Source: Nostoc sp. DedSLP01
GTDB taxonomy: Bacteria > Cyanobacteriota > Cyanobacteriia > Cyanobacteriales > Nostocaceae
Reading direction: 5' to 3'
DNA: 64,000 bases
Assembly: GCA_034530875.2 (NCBI GenBank)
Contig: JAVRCJ020000001.1
Location: 96,001-160,000, forward strand
In this document: piece by piece, positions 18,701-28,820 of the stretch
Layout: each line of letters begins with the position of its first letter
Position numbering within the stretch: position 1 is the first letter of the stretch
Made by a program: the position numbers and the translations under genes
Notes under the pieces: generated by a model
What the model was told of the DNA's origin: nothing
Database searches by the model: none
The model's input: the letters and a program-made list of their open reading frames with translations, nothing else

Positions 18701-19552
18701 TTATCTAGTTAAATTCAATAGAGATTCACAAAAATCTGATTTACTGCAATTAGTTAATCCCGTTCTTAAATACTTAATTGAGAATTCCTTAAAGCCTGGG
18801 TACTCGTTTAAGAAAATACGGTAGAAAGTAGCCTGATCCCCAGAGAGAATATAATCTTCTATGCCACCCTGACCAGCATAGTTAATCCAACGTGCCTGAA
18901 ACCTTACTTCTAAGAAATATAGTGTTGAGTATTGCTTCCACTTTGGATCAAGATTATTGTCGTATTGGTATAAAGCATCTTGCCAAGTACCACTGGAAAT
19001 TATAAATGTTGGAGAACGATATTTTATAGCATTTTCAGCCATGTGGATCTTTTCAAGACTGAAGTAGAATCCTGCTGTTCCATCCGAAGACTTTGGTACA
19101 TAATATTCACCTAACTTATTTAACTGAACATATATAGGGCCACAATAAGTACGGTGGCGAGATGCAAATGGTGTTTTAGGTAGGGAATTTGGTGTGTGAT
19201 TGAACCTTGTTTTTGAATTCTCTATTAAATAATTTTCGAGTTGAGGCAGGAAAAGTACTAGCTCAGATTTAGGCATTAATGGTGCTTGCCAATAGCGGAT
19301 TTTGACATCTTCTTGTCCACACTCTTCGACAAGTTGCTCAAAGGAATTTTTTCGATGATGTCCAATAAAACGAGTTTTTAAACATCCTGCTTGGCCTATA
19401 TAAGCTGTAGGTTCTTGATCTGTACCTATAAAATAAATGCCTCCGCATGTGGGAAGCGATTTTTTATCGATATATAAAATCCAGGGAAGTTTAGTTATGT
19501 TAATAGATTTAGCAGTAGCAATAATTTTAGAGGGGTATACTTTCTGTTTCAT
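18701..19552 (-). CDS. GIY-YIG nuclease domain protein with unrecognised C-terminal domain
   Basis: GGIYF…AYIGQA…KTRF..HH…LENYLIE…RFN carries the GIY, YIG, Arg, Glu and Asn motif set. Confidence 0.8.
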   Translation of the reverse strand: MKQKVYPSKIIATAKSINITKLPWILYIDKKSLPTCGGIYFIGTDQEPTAYIGQAGCLKTRFIGHHRKNSFEQLVEECGQEDVKIRYWQAPLMPKSELVLFLPQLENYLIENSKTRFNHTPNSLPKTPFASRHRTYCGPIYVQLNKLGEYYVPKSSDGTAGFYFSLEKIHMAENAIKYRSPTFIISSGTWQDALYQYDNNLDPKWKQYSTLYFLEVRFQARWINYAGQGGIEDYILSGDQATFYRIFLNEYPGFKEFSIKYLRTGLTNCSKSDFCESLLNLTR

Positions 19553-19754
19553 TGTTTGATGTATAGCTAGCTATATTGCGAAAGATTTCAATCAGCCATT
19601 GCTATTTCTAGAATGCCCAAAATTTCCTCACGTATAACCCAATTCATTGCTACACATCCTACAAAATTAATTTCTAAGCTACATACAGCTATGGAGTTTA
19701 AGTGTATAAAGCGTTGTCATTTAATCCCTTAAAAAGGATATCAATAACAAAATA

Positions 19755-19778
19755 AAAAGCCCACTAATGTGGGCTTCT
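19755..19778 (-). terminator. Intrinsic terminator of typA
   Basis: AAGCCCAC-TAAT-GTGGGCTT stem with poly-A on the left, about 25 bp past the typA stop. Confidence 0.7.
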
Positions 19779-19800
19779 TAGATTAATTCAGAATTTTTAC

Positions 19801-21591
19801 TTACCGTTTCGCTAACTTCTTCGCCATCTTCCGCAGACGAATTGATTGCGGTGTAACTTCCACTAATTCATCAGGGCCGATGTATTCCAAAGCACGTTCT
19901 AGGCTCATGTCTATTGGTGCTTGCAACTGCACGAGTTCATCGCCACCAGCAGCGCGGTGGTTGGTTAACTGCTTGGTTTTACAAACATTCAATTCCAAGT
20001 CTTGGGGACGATTGTGTTCGCCGACAATCATGCCTCTGTAAACTTTGGTGCCAGGAGTAATAAAGAACGATCCTCTATCTTCGGCGTTTCTCATGGCGTA
20101 GAAGGTAGCAACGCCTTCTTCAAAGGAGATTAAAACGCCTTTGTTGCGGGCTTCAATGTCGCCGCTGAGTTGACGGTAGTCGAGGAAGCTGTGGTTCATG
20201 ATGCCTTCGCCGCGAGTCATCCGCATAAATTCACCGCGGAAACCAATCAAACCACGGGCGGGGATGACAAACTCTAACTGAGTACGATCGCCACTACCGG
20301 GTTGCATATCTTGCATTTCGCCTTTGCGTTGTCCCAAGCGTTCGATACAGCTACCCACTGCATCAGCAGGTACGTCTAACACCAACAGTTCGTAAGGTTC
20401 GCAAGGTTGGCCGTTGACTTCGCGGTAAATTACCTGTGGCTGAGATACCTGAAACTCGAAACCTTCGCGGCGCATGGTTTCAATTAAGATACCCAAGTGC
20501 AATTCGCCACGACCGGAAACGAGGAATTTATCGGGAGAATCGGTTTCTTCTACCCGCAATGCCACGTTGGTTTCTAATTCGCGGAAAAGGCGATCGCGCA
20601 CTTGTCTTGATGTCACCAATTTGCCTTCTTGACCTGCAAAAGGCGAATCGTTCACCCAGAAGGTCATTTGCAAGGTTGGTTCGTCCACTTTAATTAGTGG
20701 TAAAGCTTGGGGTTCGTTGGGGTCTGTAATTGTTTCGCCAATGTTGGCATCTGCAAAACCAGCAACCGCGACAATATAACCTGCGGATGCTTCTTCCATC
20801 TCCACCCGCTTCAGCCCTTCAAAACCTAACAATTTGCTGATTTTAGACTTGACAATTGTGCCATTTTCTGTAACCAAGGCCGCTTGTTGTCCGGCACGAA
20901 TTACACCGTTGTGAATTCTGCCAATAACAATTCGTCCGAGATATTCAGAATAATCTAAAGTTGTGACTTGCAATTGCAGTGGTTTATTGACGTCGCCTAC
21001 GGGTGCTGGGACATGCTGGAGAATCGCTTCAAATAAAGGCTGCATGTCTACTGATTCTGCGTCTAGGTCTTTTTTGGCGTAACCTGCTAGACCTGAGGCA
21101 AACAGATAGGGAAAATCACACTGGTCTTCATCTGCGCCTAATTCCAAGAACAGATCCAATACTTTATCGATCGCACCGTAGGGATCGGCTTGGGGACGGT
21201 CGATTTTGTTGACGACAACAATGGGGCGCAGCCCTTTTTCTAAGGCTTTTTTGAGGACGAAGCGCGTTTGGGGCATGGGGCCTTCGTTAGCATCAACAAT
21301 GAGGATGCAACCGTCAACCATGCCGAGTACGCGTTCTACTTCGCCACCGAAGTCAGCGTGTCCGGGTGTATCAACAATATTAATCAGCGTTTCTTTGTAG
21401 CGAACCGCTGTGTTTTTAGACAAAATTGTAATTCCCCGTTCTCGTTCGAGGGCGTTGGAGTCCATGACGCAATCCGGAACGTCTTCACCTTCACGGAAAA
21501 TGCCGGACTGTTTGAGGAGTGCATCAACCAGGGTGGTTTTGCCGTGGTCAACGTGGGCGATAATTGCGACGTTGCGAATTGGGAGCGTCAT
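19801..21591 (-). CDS. typA: Translational GTPase TypA/BipA
   Basis: [51 protein letters not shown]. Confidence 0.98.
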   Translation of the reverse strand: MTLPIRNVAIIAHVDHGKTTLVDALLKQSGIFREGEDVPDCVMDSNALERERGITILSKNTAVRYKETLINIVDTPGHADFGGEVERVLGMVDGCILIVDANEGPMPQTRFVLKKALEKGLRPIVVVNKIDRPQADPYGAIDKVLDLFLELGADEDQCDFPYLFASGLAGYAKKDLDAESVDMQPLFEAILQHVPAPVGDVNKPLQLQVTTLDYSEYLGRIVIGRIHNGVIRAGQQAALVTENGTIVKSKISKLLGFEGLKRVEMEEASAGYIVAVAGFADANIGETITDPNEPQALPLIKVDEPTLQMTFWVNDSPFAGQEGKLVTSRQVRDRLFRELETNVALRVEETDSPDKFLVSGRGELHLGILIETMRREGFEFQVSQPQVIYREVNGQPCEPYELLVLDVPADAVGSCIERLGQRKGEMQDMQPGSGDRTQLEFVIPARGLIGFRGEFMRMTRGEGIMNHSFLDYRQLSGDIEARNKGVLISFEEGVATFYAMRNAEDRGSFFITPGTKVYRGMIVGEHNRPQDLELNVCKTKQLTNHRAAGGDELVQLQAPIDMSLERALEYIGPDELVEVTPQSIRLRKMAKKLAKR

Positions 21592-22025
21592 AGAAGCTTT
21601 GGGTGAACTTTTAAGGGAGTTTATAGATTTACATTGTGAATGCTAGGCTTTTCTAACAGAATTGGGGAAGATAGGCAAATTCTGTAAAGAACCTTTAATA
21701 ATTCTAGCGTAATCGTCACAATTGCGGAGAGTTTTATCTGGTGACAATAGCAGATGTGGGGTAATTGCGGTGTTAAGAAGATGCTGAAAAACTTGTACTA
21801 TCGGCAAATAGTAGTTTAGAAGGCGATTTTTAGCACTCAAGCATTAATCTTGCTAGCGATCGCAGCCTATCTTTTGCTGGAAAATCAATTAGTTTGAGCA
21901 GAGTTAGCAAGGTAGCGCTTGCACCTTTGCTTTTGATGCATGTAGAAACGTTGCAGTACAAAGTTCCTACTGAATTTAAGGTATATTTTAAAAATTAATA
22001 AAATAATACCAATAAAATAATTATT

Positions 22026-23414
22026 ATGATCTGTTGTATAAATCCTAATTGCGAAAATCCTCAAAATCCTGACGGAGCAAATTTTTGTCTTAGTTGCGGG
22101 GCAAAGTTGGTGCCTTTGCTCAGAAATCGTTATCGGATTCTCGGAATGTTAGGTAGAGGAGGATTTGCACGCACATATATTGCAGAAGATATAGACAAGC
22201 TCAACGAACAATGTGTAGTGAAGCAATTAGTTTTAAGCCAATTTTATGGCTCTCAAGGTACTGACGCACATAAAAAAGCAACTGAGTTGTTTGAGCGAGA
22301 AGCCAAACGTCTCAAAGAACTAGGCGAACACGTGCAAGTTCCTAATTTATATGCATATTTTAAAGAAGGTGAATATCTATATTTAGTGCAGCAGTTTATT
22401 GAAGGACAAAATCTGTTGCAAGAGTTGAAACAGCAGGGGGTTTTTAATGAAGCAAAGATTCGAGAATTTTTGCACGATTTATTATCTGTGCTAGTAGCAA
22501 TACATCAACAAGAGATAATTCACCGAGATCTGAAGCCAGAAAATATTATTCGCCGTCGCAATGATGGAAAGTTAGTATTAATTGATTTTGGAGTATCAAA
22601 GCAAAAGAGGGAAACTACAAACACTGCTCTGGGGACAATTATTGGTTCCTTGGGATACGCACCCATTGAGCAAATGCAATTTGGTAAAGTCTTTCCATCC
22701 AGCGACCTCTACAGTTTAGGAATAACTTGCTTTCATCTATTAACTAATGTCTCTCCGTCGAGTTTGTGGATCAAACAAGGCTATAGTTGGACTTCTAGTT
22801 GGCAACAACATTTAAATCAAACCATCAGCCATGAATTAGAGTTAATTATCGATAAATTAATTCAAGAAAATTACGAACAGCGGTATCAGTCTGCACAAGC
22901 TGTATTGCAAGACTTAAATAACTTACCGAGTTTGAAACAGACATTACCTCCTACGGTGCTTTCGCAGTCTGGAGTATTACAAACAGAACAAAAAGTTCAA
23001 CACAAAATTCAACACAAATCAACTGCACCTGGATATATACCATTATTCTCTAATACTCAACTCTTATCGGGAGCAGTAATTGCTGGAACTGGGAGTTCTT
23101 TTTTGGCGATCGCTCTTATTAGTTTTCTCGGCACTACTTGGATTAGTTCGGGATTGTGGTTGCTAATTTTAGGAGGGTTACTATTTATTCAATCTCGTTC
23201 CCTTGTGGAAAAAACTTATTTAATTCTTATTGCAATAATAGTAAATTTAATTGTTATATTAACTTTTAAAAATTTGCTAGCTAAGAATCTTTTACAATCT
23301 GGTATAAATGGGTTACTACTTGTATTTTTATTAATTATTCTTGCCGGGGTTTTAACAGTTATTATTGTCGGTATATGGGAAATAATAAATAAATTGATTT
23401 CTACATATTTTTAG
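22026..23414 (+). CDS. Ser/Thr protein kinase with N-terminal 4-Cys motif and C-terminal TM helices
   Basis: CCINPNC…CLSCG; GRGGFA, HRDLKPEN, DFG, YAPIEQ. Confidence 0.92.
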   Translation: MICCINPNCENPQNPDGANFCLSCGAKLVPLLRNRYRILGMLGRGGFARTYIAEDIDKLNEQCVVKQLVLSQFYGSQGTDAHKKATELFEREAKRLKELGEHVQVPNLYAYFKEGEYLYLVQQFIEGQNLLQELKQQGVFNEAKIREFLHDLLSVLVAIHQQEIIHRDLKPENIIRRRNDGKLVLIDFGVSKQKRETTNTALGTIIGSLGYAPIEQMQFGKVFPSSDLYSLGITCFHLLTNVSPSSLWIKQGYSWTSSWQQHLNQTISHELELIIDKLIQENYEQRYQSAQAVLQDLNNLPSLKQTLPPTVLSQSGVLQTEQKVQHKIQHKSTAPGYIPLFSNTQLLSGAVIAGTGSSFLAIALISFLGTTWISSGLWLLILGGLLFIQSRSLVEKTYLILIAIIVNLIVILTFKNLLAKNLLQSGINGLLLVFLLIILAGVLTVIIVGIWEIINKLISTYF

Positions 23415-23480
23415 TATTGGTTAATATTAAATATTATCTTTTTGCTTTTGAAAAACTTTGTAGGATTTAGGAAATTATTT

Positions 23481-24941
23481 ATGACAAATAACAAAGAAAA
23501 TTTTAAACTTCTGATTTCTTTAGGAATAGCTGGAATCCTAGTAGCAGTTCTTTTCTGGTTAATTAGCAAACTTTCTTCTACTATTGTACCAGTATCAAAC
23601 CCAATATCAACTTCATCTTCAATACCAAATAAGTCTTCATTCATGAATTTGGGGACAAAAATTCTGGTAAAAGTACAAACATCTCCGGAAAAAACAGATG
23701 GAGTTAAGGCTTTTGAAGAAAAAAAATTCGCCACGGCTGTAGACAAATTTACTGTATCTCTGAAAAATAATCCCAACGATCCAGAGACTTTAATTTATTT
23801 AAATAATGCCAAAATTGCTCAAGATAATTCAGAAATTATCAAAGTAGCAGTCATTGCACCAATTAATTTCGATCAGAATTTATCAGAAGAAATTTTGCGT
23901 GGTGTGGCTCAAGCTCAAAATGAAGTTAATTCTCAAGGCGGAATTAATGGTAAAAAATTGCAAATTGTAATTGCCAGTGCTGAGAATCGGGAAGATTTTG
24001 CCAAGCTAGATAATGAATTAGTTGAAGACAAGACCCTTGTCGCCGCAGTAGGCGTGAGACGCGATCCTGCAATTTATAATCAGAAAAAGCTGGTATTAGT
24101 CTTGCCTGTAGAGCGTCCAAATCAAGCAGAAAATACAGAAAGGTTAGAGCAAAATTCAGTAAATAGTCAGCAGAATACTGCCAAAAATAACTACTTGTTT
24201 CATGTAAACCCGCTATATGATACTTTAGTAGATACTCATGCTCGCTACATTGCTAGACAAGCAAGAAATGTTGCTATTTGTGGCGATATTCCTAGCTCGA
24301 GAAATAATTCAAGTTTTTCATCTAATCAGGTTCTTATAGAACAGTACGCCCAAGCTCTAGAAAAATATGGAAGTAAAGTTATTAGTACGCCTTGTAATTT
24401 AGCAGATAAGAATTTTGATTCTAGAGCTTTTGTGGATAAAGCTATAGAAACAGAAAATACCAGTGGTTTTTTACTACTACCTTCATTCAGAAGTATATAT
24501 TTTGCTACTAAAGTTGGACAAGCGATTAGAGGCAGAAAACCACTGTTTGCTTCCGAAAGTATGTATAGTGCAACAACTTTACAAAACGGTGAAGATGTCC
24601 AAGGAATGGTACTACCCGTATATTGGCATCGTGATGCGAATAAAAATAACCCATTTGCGGAAAATGCTTTTCGGCTGTGGAATGCACGCGTAAATCAGAG
24701 AACAGCAGGAGCTTATGACGCGATGCAGGTAATTATCGCTGGCTTGAAACAAGATACCACCCGCGAAGGCTTGCAAAAGGTGCTGTCTAATCGTGATTTT
24801 TCAACTTCTGGAGCCACAGGAACGATTATGTTTTCGTCTTCAGGTGAGCGTCAAGGAGAAGCTTTGCTAGTTAAAATTGAGCGTTGCGAACGCTGTTCTT
24901 CTGGAACTGATTATGATTTTGTGCTGTTGAACAAGAAGTAA
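23481..24941 (+). CDS. Membrane-anchored branched-chain amino acid-type (LivJ-like) substrate-binding protein
   Basis: N-terminal [25 protein letters not shown]…[14 protein letters not shown]…GATGTI.F. Confidence 0.85.
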   Translation: MTNNKENFKLLISLGIAGILVAVLFWLISKLSSTIVPVSNPISTSSSIPNKSSFMNLGTKILVKVQTSPEKTDGVKAFEEKKFATAVDKFTVSLKNNPNDPETLIYLNNAKIAQDNSEIIKVAVIAPINFDQNLSEEILRGVAQAQNEVNSQGGINGKKLQIVIASAENREDFAKLDNELVEDKTLVAAVGVRRDPAIYNQKKLVLVLPVERPNQAENTERLEQNSVNSQQNTAKNNYLFHVNPLYDTLVDTHARYIARQARNVAICGDIPSSRNNSSFSSNQVLIEQYAQALEKYGSKVISTPCNLADKNFDSRAFVDKAIETENTSGFLLLPSFRSIYFATKVGQAIRGRKPLFASESMYSATTLQNGEDVQGMVLPVYWHRDANKNNPFAENAFRLWNARVNQRTAGAYDAMQVIIAGLKQDTTREGLQKVLSNRDFSTSGATGTIMFSSSGERQGEALLVKIERCERCSSGTDYDFVLLNKK

Positions 24942-24972
24942 TTTGGAAGTAGAAAGAATTTAACATTTATCA

Positions 24973-25033
24973 AACAGAATTCAGGAGTCAGGAGCCAGAA
25001 TTCAGTTGGGTATTTTGTACGACTAGCGGATAG
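24973..25033. repeat. End of a dispersed repeat element abutting the egtC remnant
   Basis: AACAGAATTCAGGAGTCAGGAGCCAGAAT is nearly the reverse complement of 44921-44949. Confidence 0.6.
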
Positions 25034-25114
25034 GACTATTAATGAATGTTCTGGTTTATATAGTAGATATTCCAGAGAAATAGGCGAACCGAGGTAACCA
25101 AGTAAACGGCACAT
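25034..25114 (-). pseudogene. egtC: 5' remnant (27 codons) of an EgtC-like class II glutamine amidotransferase
   Basis: [27 protein letters not shown] has the N-terminal nucleophile Cys2 and P-x-HSL motif; GGAG upstream; similarity ends at the repeat element. Confidence 0.75.
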
Positions 25115-25376
25115 GATTAAAGTATCTGCTCCCAATAGTTTTATAGAATAAACTTTGTTAGTGAGAATGAGCTAATTTCTTAATATATTTGCCCTATTCT
25201 CGCAAACAAGTGCTGCCTCATGTTATCTTATTCGCCTCCTAACCATCCAAAAGATTTAGCTAACCAATGGTTTTACGTAAACTTGTATTACATCTGTTAT
25301 AAATACTAAAAATAGCTATATTTTGACCTAATTTTCAACTAGGGATAAATAAACGAATGTTTACGTAACCTTTTAT

Positions 25377-26132
25377 ATGGATATTTCACCATCTATCAAA
25401 AGAATAGTTGAGCAACAGCCTTATCCGCTTTTATTTGCTACGATTAGCGGTTCTCATTTATATGGTTTTCCATCACCAGATTCGGATTATGATTTGCGTG
25501 GCGTGCATATTTTACCAGTACCAGAAGTGGTGGGATTAGATACTGGGACTGAAACTATTGAAATCTCAGAAATTCGCGAATCTTTAGAAATTGATTTAGT
25601 AACTCACGATATCAAGAAATTCTTTTTGCTGCTGCTAAAAAAGAATGGCTATGTATTAGAACAACTTTATTCACCTTTAATATTAAAAACTACACCAGAA
25701 CATGAAGAATTAAAAATTATTGCCCAAGATTGCATTACTCGCCATCACAGCCATCATTACTTTGGATTCGCCACAACTCAATGGAAACTTTTTGAAAAAG
25801 AACAGCCACATCGAATTAAGCCGCTACTTTATATTTATCGAGTAATGTTGACTGGTATTTATCTGATGCAAACAGGAAGTGTAGAAGCTAATTTAGTTAA
25901 ACTGAATGAAGTTTTTAATTTACCTTATATTCCCGATTTAATCGCACAAAAATTGGCAGAGGGAGAAAAGTCTACTTTGTCAAATGTCGATTTAGCTTTT
26001 CATCAACAAGAGTATGAACGATTGCGCGATCGCTTGCAAGAGGCATACGAAGCTAGTACCCTACTTGAAGCACCTACGGCGAAGGTAGCTTTACATAATT
26101 TGCTGCTAAAGTTGAGAGTTAAAAATTATTAG
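25377..26132 (+). CDS. DNA polymerase beta-superfamily nucleotidyltransferase (YcgL/RlaP-like)
   Basis: SGSHLYGFPSPDSDYDLRGV (GS…DxD), NGYVLEQLYSP, KPLLYIYRV. Confidence 0.85.
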   Translation: MDISPSIKRIVEQQPYPLLFATISGSHLYGFPSPDSDYDLRGVHILPVPEVVGLDTGTETIEISEIRESLEIDLVTHDIKKFFLLLLKKNGYVLEQLYSPLILKTTPEHEELKIIAQDCITRHHSHHYFGFATTQWKLFEKEQPHRIKPLLYIYRVMLTGIYLMQTGSVEANLVKLNEVFNLPYIPDLIAQKLAEGEKSTLSNVDLAFHQQEYERLRDRLQEAYEASTLLEAPTAKVALHNLLLKLRVKNY

Positions 26133-26187
26133 TTAGGAGTTAAGAGTTTTGCATTCATTCGCTTGCAACTCTTGACTCCTAATTGTT

Positions 26188-26568
26188 TTACAACTTCAAA
26201 TTCCAAGCAGCAAAAGCTAAAGCACCCCAACCAATAATAAAGGCTACGCCGCCTAATGGTGTAATTGCTCCTAAGGATTTTATACCAGTTAAGCTCAGAG
26301 CGTATAAACTTCCTGAGAAAATAGCAATACCAATGATAAATAACCAGCCACTCACTACAAGAATGGGTTGAGGAAATTCGGTGCGACTAATTAATAATGC
26401 TACGAGAAAAAGTGCTAGAGCATGATACATTTGATAACGAGCGCCAGTTTCAAAAATTTCTAGCGATCGCTCGCTAATTTTGTCTCGCAAAGCATGGGAA
26501 GCAAAAGCACCAGCAGCAACTGACAAACCGCCTAAAACAGCAGCTAGGCTTAAAAAAATTTGCGTCAT
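26188..26568 (-). CDS. DUF423 membrane protein
   Basis: GAFASHAL, YQMYHALA, IFSGSLY, GAITPLGG. Confidence 0.92.
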   Translation of the reverse strand: MTQIFLSLAAVLGGLSVAAGAFASHALRDKISERSLEIFETGARYQMYHALALFLVALLISRTEFPQPILVVSGWLFIIGIAIFSGSLYALSLTGIKSLGAITPLGGVAFIIGWGALAFAAWNLKL

Positions 26569-26652
26569 TACACTTAGCTCTCAGATGGGCATTGCGCATT
26601 GGCCATTGGGTATGGCGTATTAGTTTTAGACTAATGACCAATGACTACTATT

Positions 26653-26680
26653 GTACAGACGCGATTAATCGCGTCTCTAC
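26653..26680. repeat. REP-like palindrome (GTAG family)
   Basis: GTACAGACGCGATTAATCGCGTCTCTAC with a perfect 20-bp core palindrome. Confidence 0.75.
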
Positions 26681-26689
26681 TAATGACTA

Positions 26690-27169
26690 TTAGACATCAA
26701 AATGATATGATATAGCCCCTTCTTCATTGACTTTAAAATTTGCATTGAATTCTTTAGCTTTTTTGTCTAAATATTGTCTGGCGTCAGCTGCGGGTAGTTG
26801 TGATTGCATAGCAAAGGCTAAAACAGTCACACGCCCTTGATTTTCTAATAGCATCTGATAAAAAAGAGATTGTAAGCGATCGCTGCGTTGTTGATTAAGT
26901 GCTTTTTTCTCTTGCCGACTTTGACGATATAATCCCAATGCTAACCATGCACCCAGCGTGAAACTAGGAACGCCAAAAATTAGACCACCAACAGCAGTAT
27001 TATCATTTGCATAAGTAGGATTTGGTGCAGGAAAATCAGTCCCCTCTGGTACTGGAATGGCCGTTCCACTGGTAGCAAATTTTTCTAATGCTGCTGATGC
27101 TGATAGCGTTAAAAACATGAATCCGAGTGTCAGTAGCCAACCAGCAGCCAATTTTTCAGCAGTTTTCAT
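26690..27169 (-). CDS. Conserved hypothetical two-TM membrane protein
   Basis: Two hydrophobic segments; C-terminal ARQYLDKKAKEFNANF…G.I.YHF. Confidence 0.75.
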   Translation of the reverse strand: MKTAEKLAAGWLLTLGFMFLTLSASAALEKFATSGTAIPVPEGTDFPAPNPTYANDNTAVGGLIFGVPSFTLGAWLALGLYRQSRQEKKALNQQRSDRLQSLFYQMLLENQGRVTVLAFAMQSQLPAADARQYLDKKAKEFNANFKVNEEGAISYHFDV

Positions 27170-27304
27170 AGTTCCACTTCAGATTTACACTTTGCTTGCT
27201 AGAGATTCTAACCTGACTTTAGTAGAGGTTCCAGTATAAAAATCTATTCCCTAAGACAGTTTTTTAGCGACGTTGTGCCCCAGGCTAACGCACCGTACTT
27301 TAAC

Positions 27305-27421
27305 TATAAGAATCGGGTTGGATTTGGAGAATTTATTTGTGTAGACAGGGAGTAGGGAGTAGGACAGAAGCCTTGTCTGGATGTAGTGATTTTTTTCATG
27401 CAATCAAATGGGAATCCTATA
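27305..27421. mobile_element. Degenerate MITE-like element
   Basis: TATAAGAATCGGGTTGGATT…AATCAAATGGGAATCCTATA imperfect terminal repeats, related to 52866-52974. Confidence 0.45.
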
Positions 27422-27654
27422 TTACTAAACTAATTTTTTTTGATGGGGAGATTTGATAATAAACATTCATGTTCTACTCAAAAGATGAGGGAGCATTAAA
27501 ACTAAAAATTTCAAGCTCTGAAGTTCAAAGTTGTTCATCTCCCCTTTGTCCCTGAAGCGTTCCCCATTCTCCACTTGCTTATTCCCCATCTGACCTAACA
27601 CTCGTATGATCGAGATATCAGCAACGTATAACAACCAGATTTTTACCGTAAAAC

Positions 27655-28515
27655 ATGGGCAGCATTTGGGAAATAGATTTTTACTCTCGTCCGATTTTAG
27701 ACGCTAATCAAAAAAAAGTCTGGGAAGTCTTAGTCTGTGAAAGTCCTTTGGATATCAAGACACAACCAGATTCTTTGTTTCGTTATGCTCAATATTGCTC
27801 CAGTAGCGAGGTAAATTCGGGCTGGCTGCGGACGGCGTTACAGGAGGCTATTAACCAAGCTGGAAAAGCACCAATTAAAATTCGCTTTTTCCGCCGCCAA
27901 ATGAACAATATGATTACCAAGGCTTGCCAAGACTTGGGCATTCCCGCCCAGCCTAGCCGCCGCACTTTCGTTCTCAACCAATGGTTAGAACAGCGGATGC
28001 AGGAAGTGTATCCTCAAGAACCGGGATACCAAGGCGGAACTAATCCCTCTGTCCGGTTAGAGAAACCTTTACCGCAACGTTTACCAGATGCTTTGGAAGG
28101 GCAGCAGTGGATATTTGTCAGCTTAACAGCTGGGGATTTGGCGGAGATGCCAGAGTGGGAAATTGACTTTGGCGAAGCTTTCCCGCTAGAGTTTGCCCAA
28201 GTATCCCCTGAAACCCGTATTCCTGGTGTTTTGATTTTCTCACCTAGAGCGTTGCCTTTGGCGGGTTGGATGTCTGGTTTGGAGTTGGCTTTCTTGAAAG
28301 CTGACACTAGCCAGGAGGCAAGATTGCTTTTAGAAACTGGTGTTAGTGAAAGCTGGATTGTGGCAAATCTCAAAAAGCCTCAAATTTTAGCAGAAGCCAA
28401 AGGTTTTGAAGAAGCCAAGCAAAACGCGAATGGCGTACATTTTCTGGGCATACAGTCCAATCCGCAAGCGCAATCATTTGCTGGTTTTTGGCTCTTGCAG
28501 GAGGTTAATCTTTGA
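27655..28515 (+). CDS. Tab2/Atab2 family RNA-binding protein (DUF1092)
   Basis: WEIDFYSRP…KKVWEVLVC…RFFRRQMNNMI…FAGFWLL. Confidence 0.92.
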   Translation: MGSIWEIDFYSRPILDANQKKVWEVLVCESPLDIKTQPDSLFRYAQYCSSSEVNSGWLRTALQEAINQAGKAPIKIRFFRRQMNNMITKACQDLGIPAQPSRRTFVLNQWLEQRMQEVYPQEPGYQGGTNPSVRLEKPLPQRLPDALEGQQWIFVSLTAGDLAEMPEWEIDFGEAFPLEFAQVSPETRIPGVLIFSPRALPLAGWMSGLELAFLKADTSQEARLLLETGVSESWIVANLKKPQILAEAKGFEEAKQNANGVHFLGIQSNPQAQSFAGFWLLQEVNL

Positions 28516-28516
28516 G

Positions 28517-28640
28517 AATGGGGAATGGGGAATGGGGAGATGGGGAATGGGGAAGTGTGGGGAGTGTGGGGAGAGAGGGGCAGGGGGGACAGAGGGGGCA
28601 GGGGAAAACTAATGACTAATGACTAATGACTAATGACCAA
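28517..28640. repeat. STRR-type short tandem repeats
   Basis: (GGGAATG)n, (GGGGAGTGT)n and (ACTAATG)x4. Confidence 0.8.
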
Positions 28641-28820
28641 AAATTGCGATCGCTAACAAACGTTAAGACATGGCAATGATTTGGGATAATTATCTGCGTC
28701 CATCAGCGTCGATCGCTGGTTGAAAATTGCAACTGCGATCGGGTGCTGATGATTTTTGGATAATTATCTGCGTCTGTTGGCGTTGATATGGGGTTCAAAA
28801 TCCACAATTCACTAAGGGTC

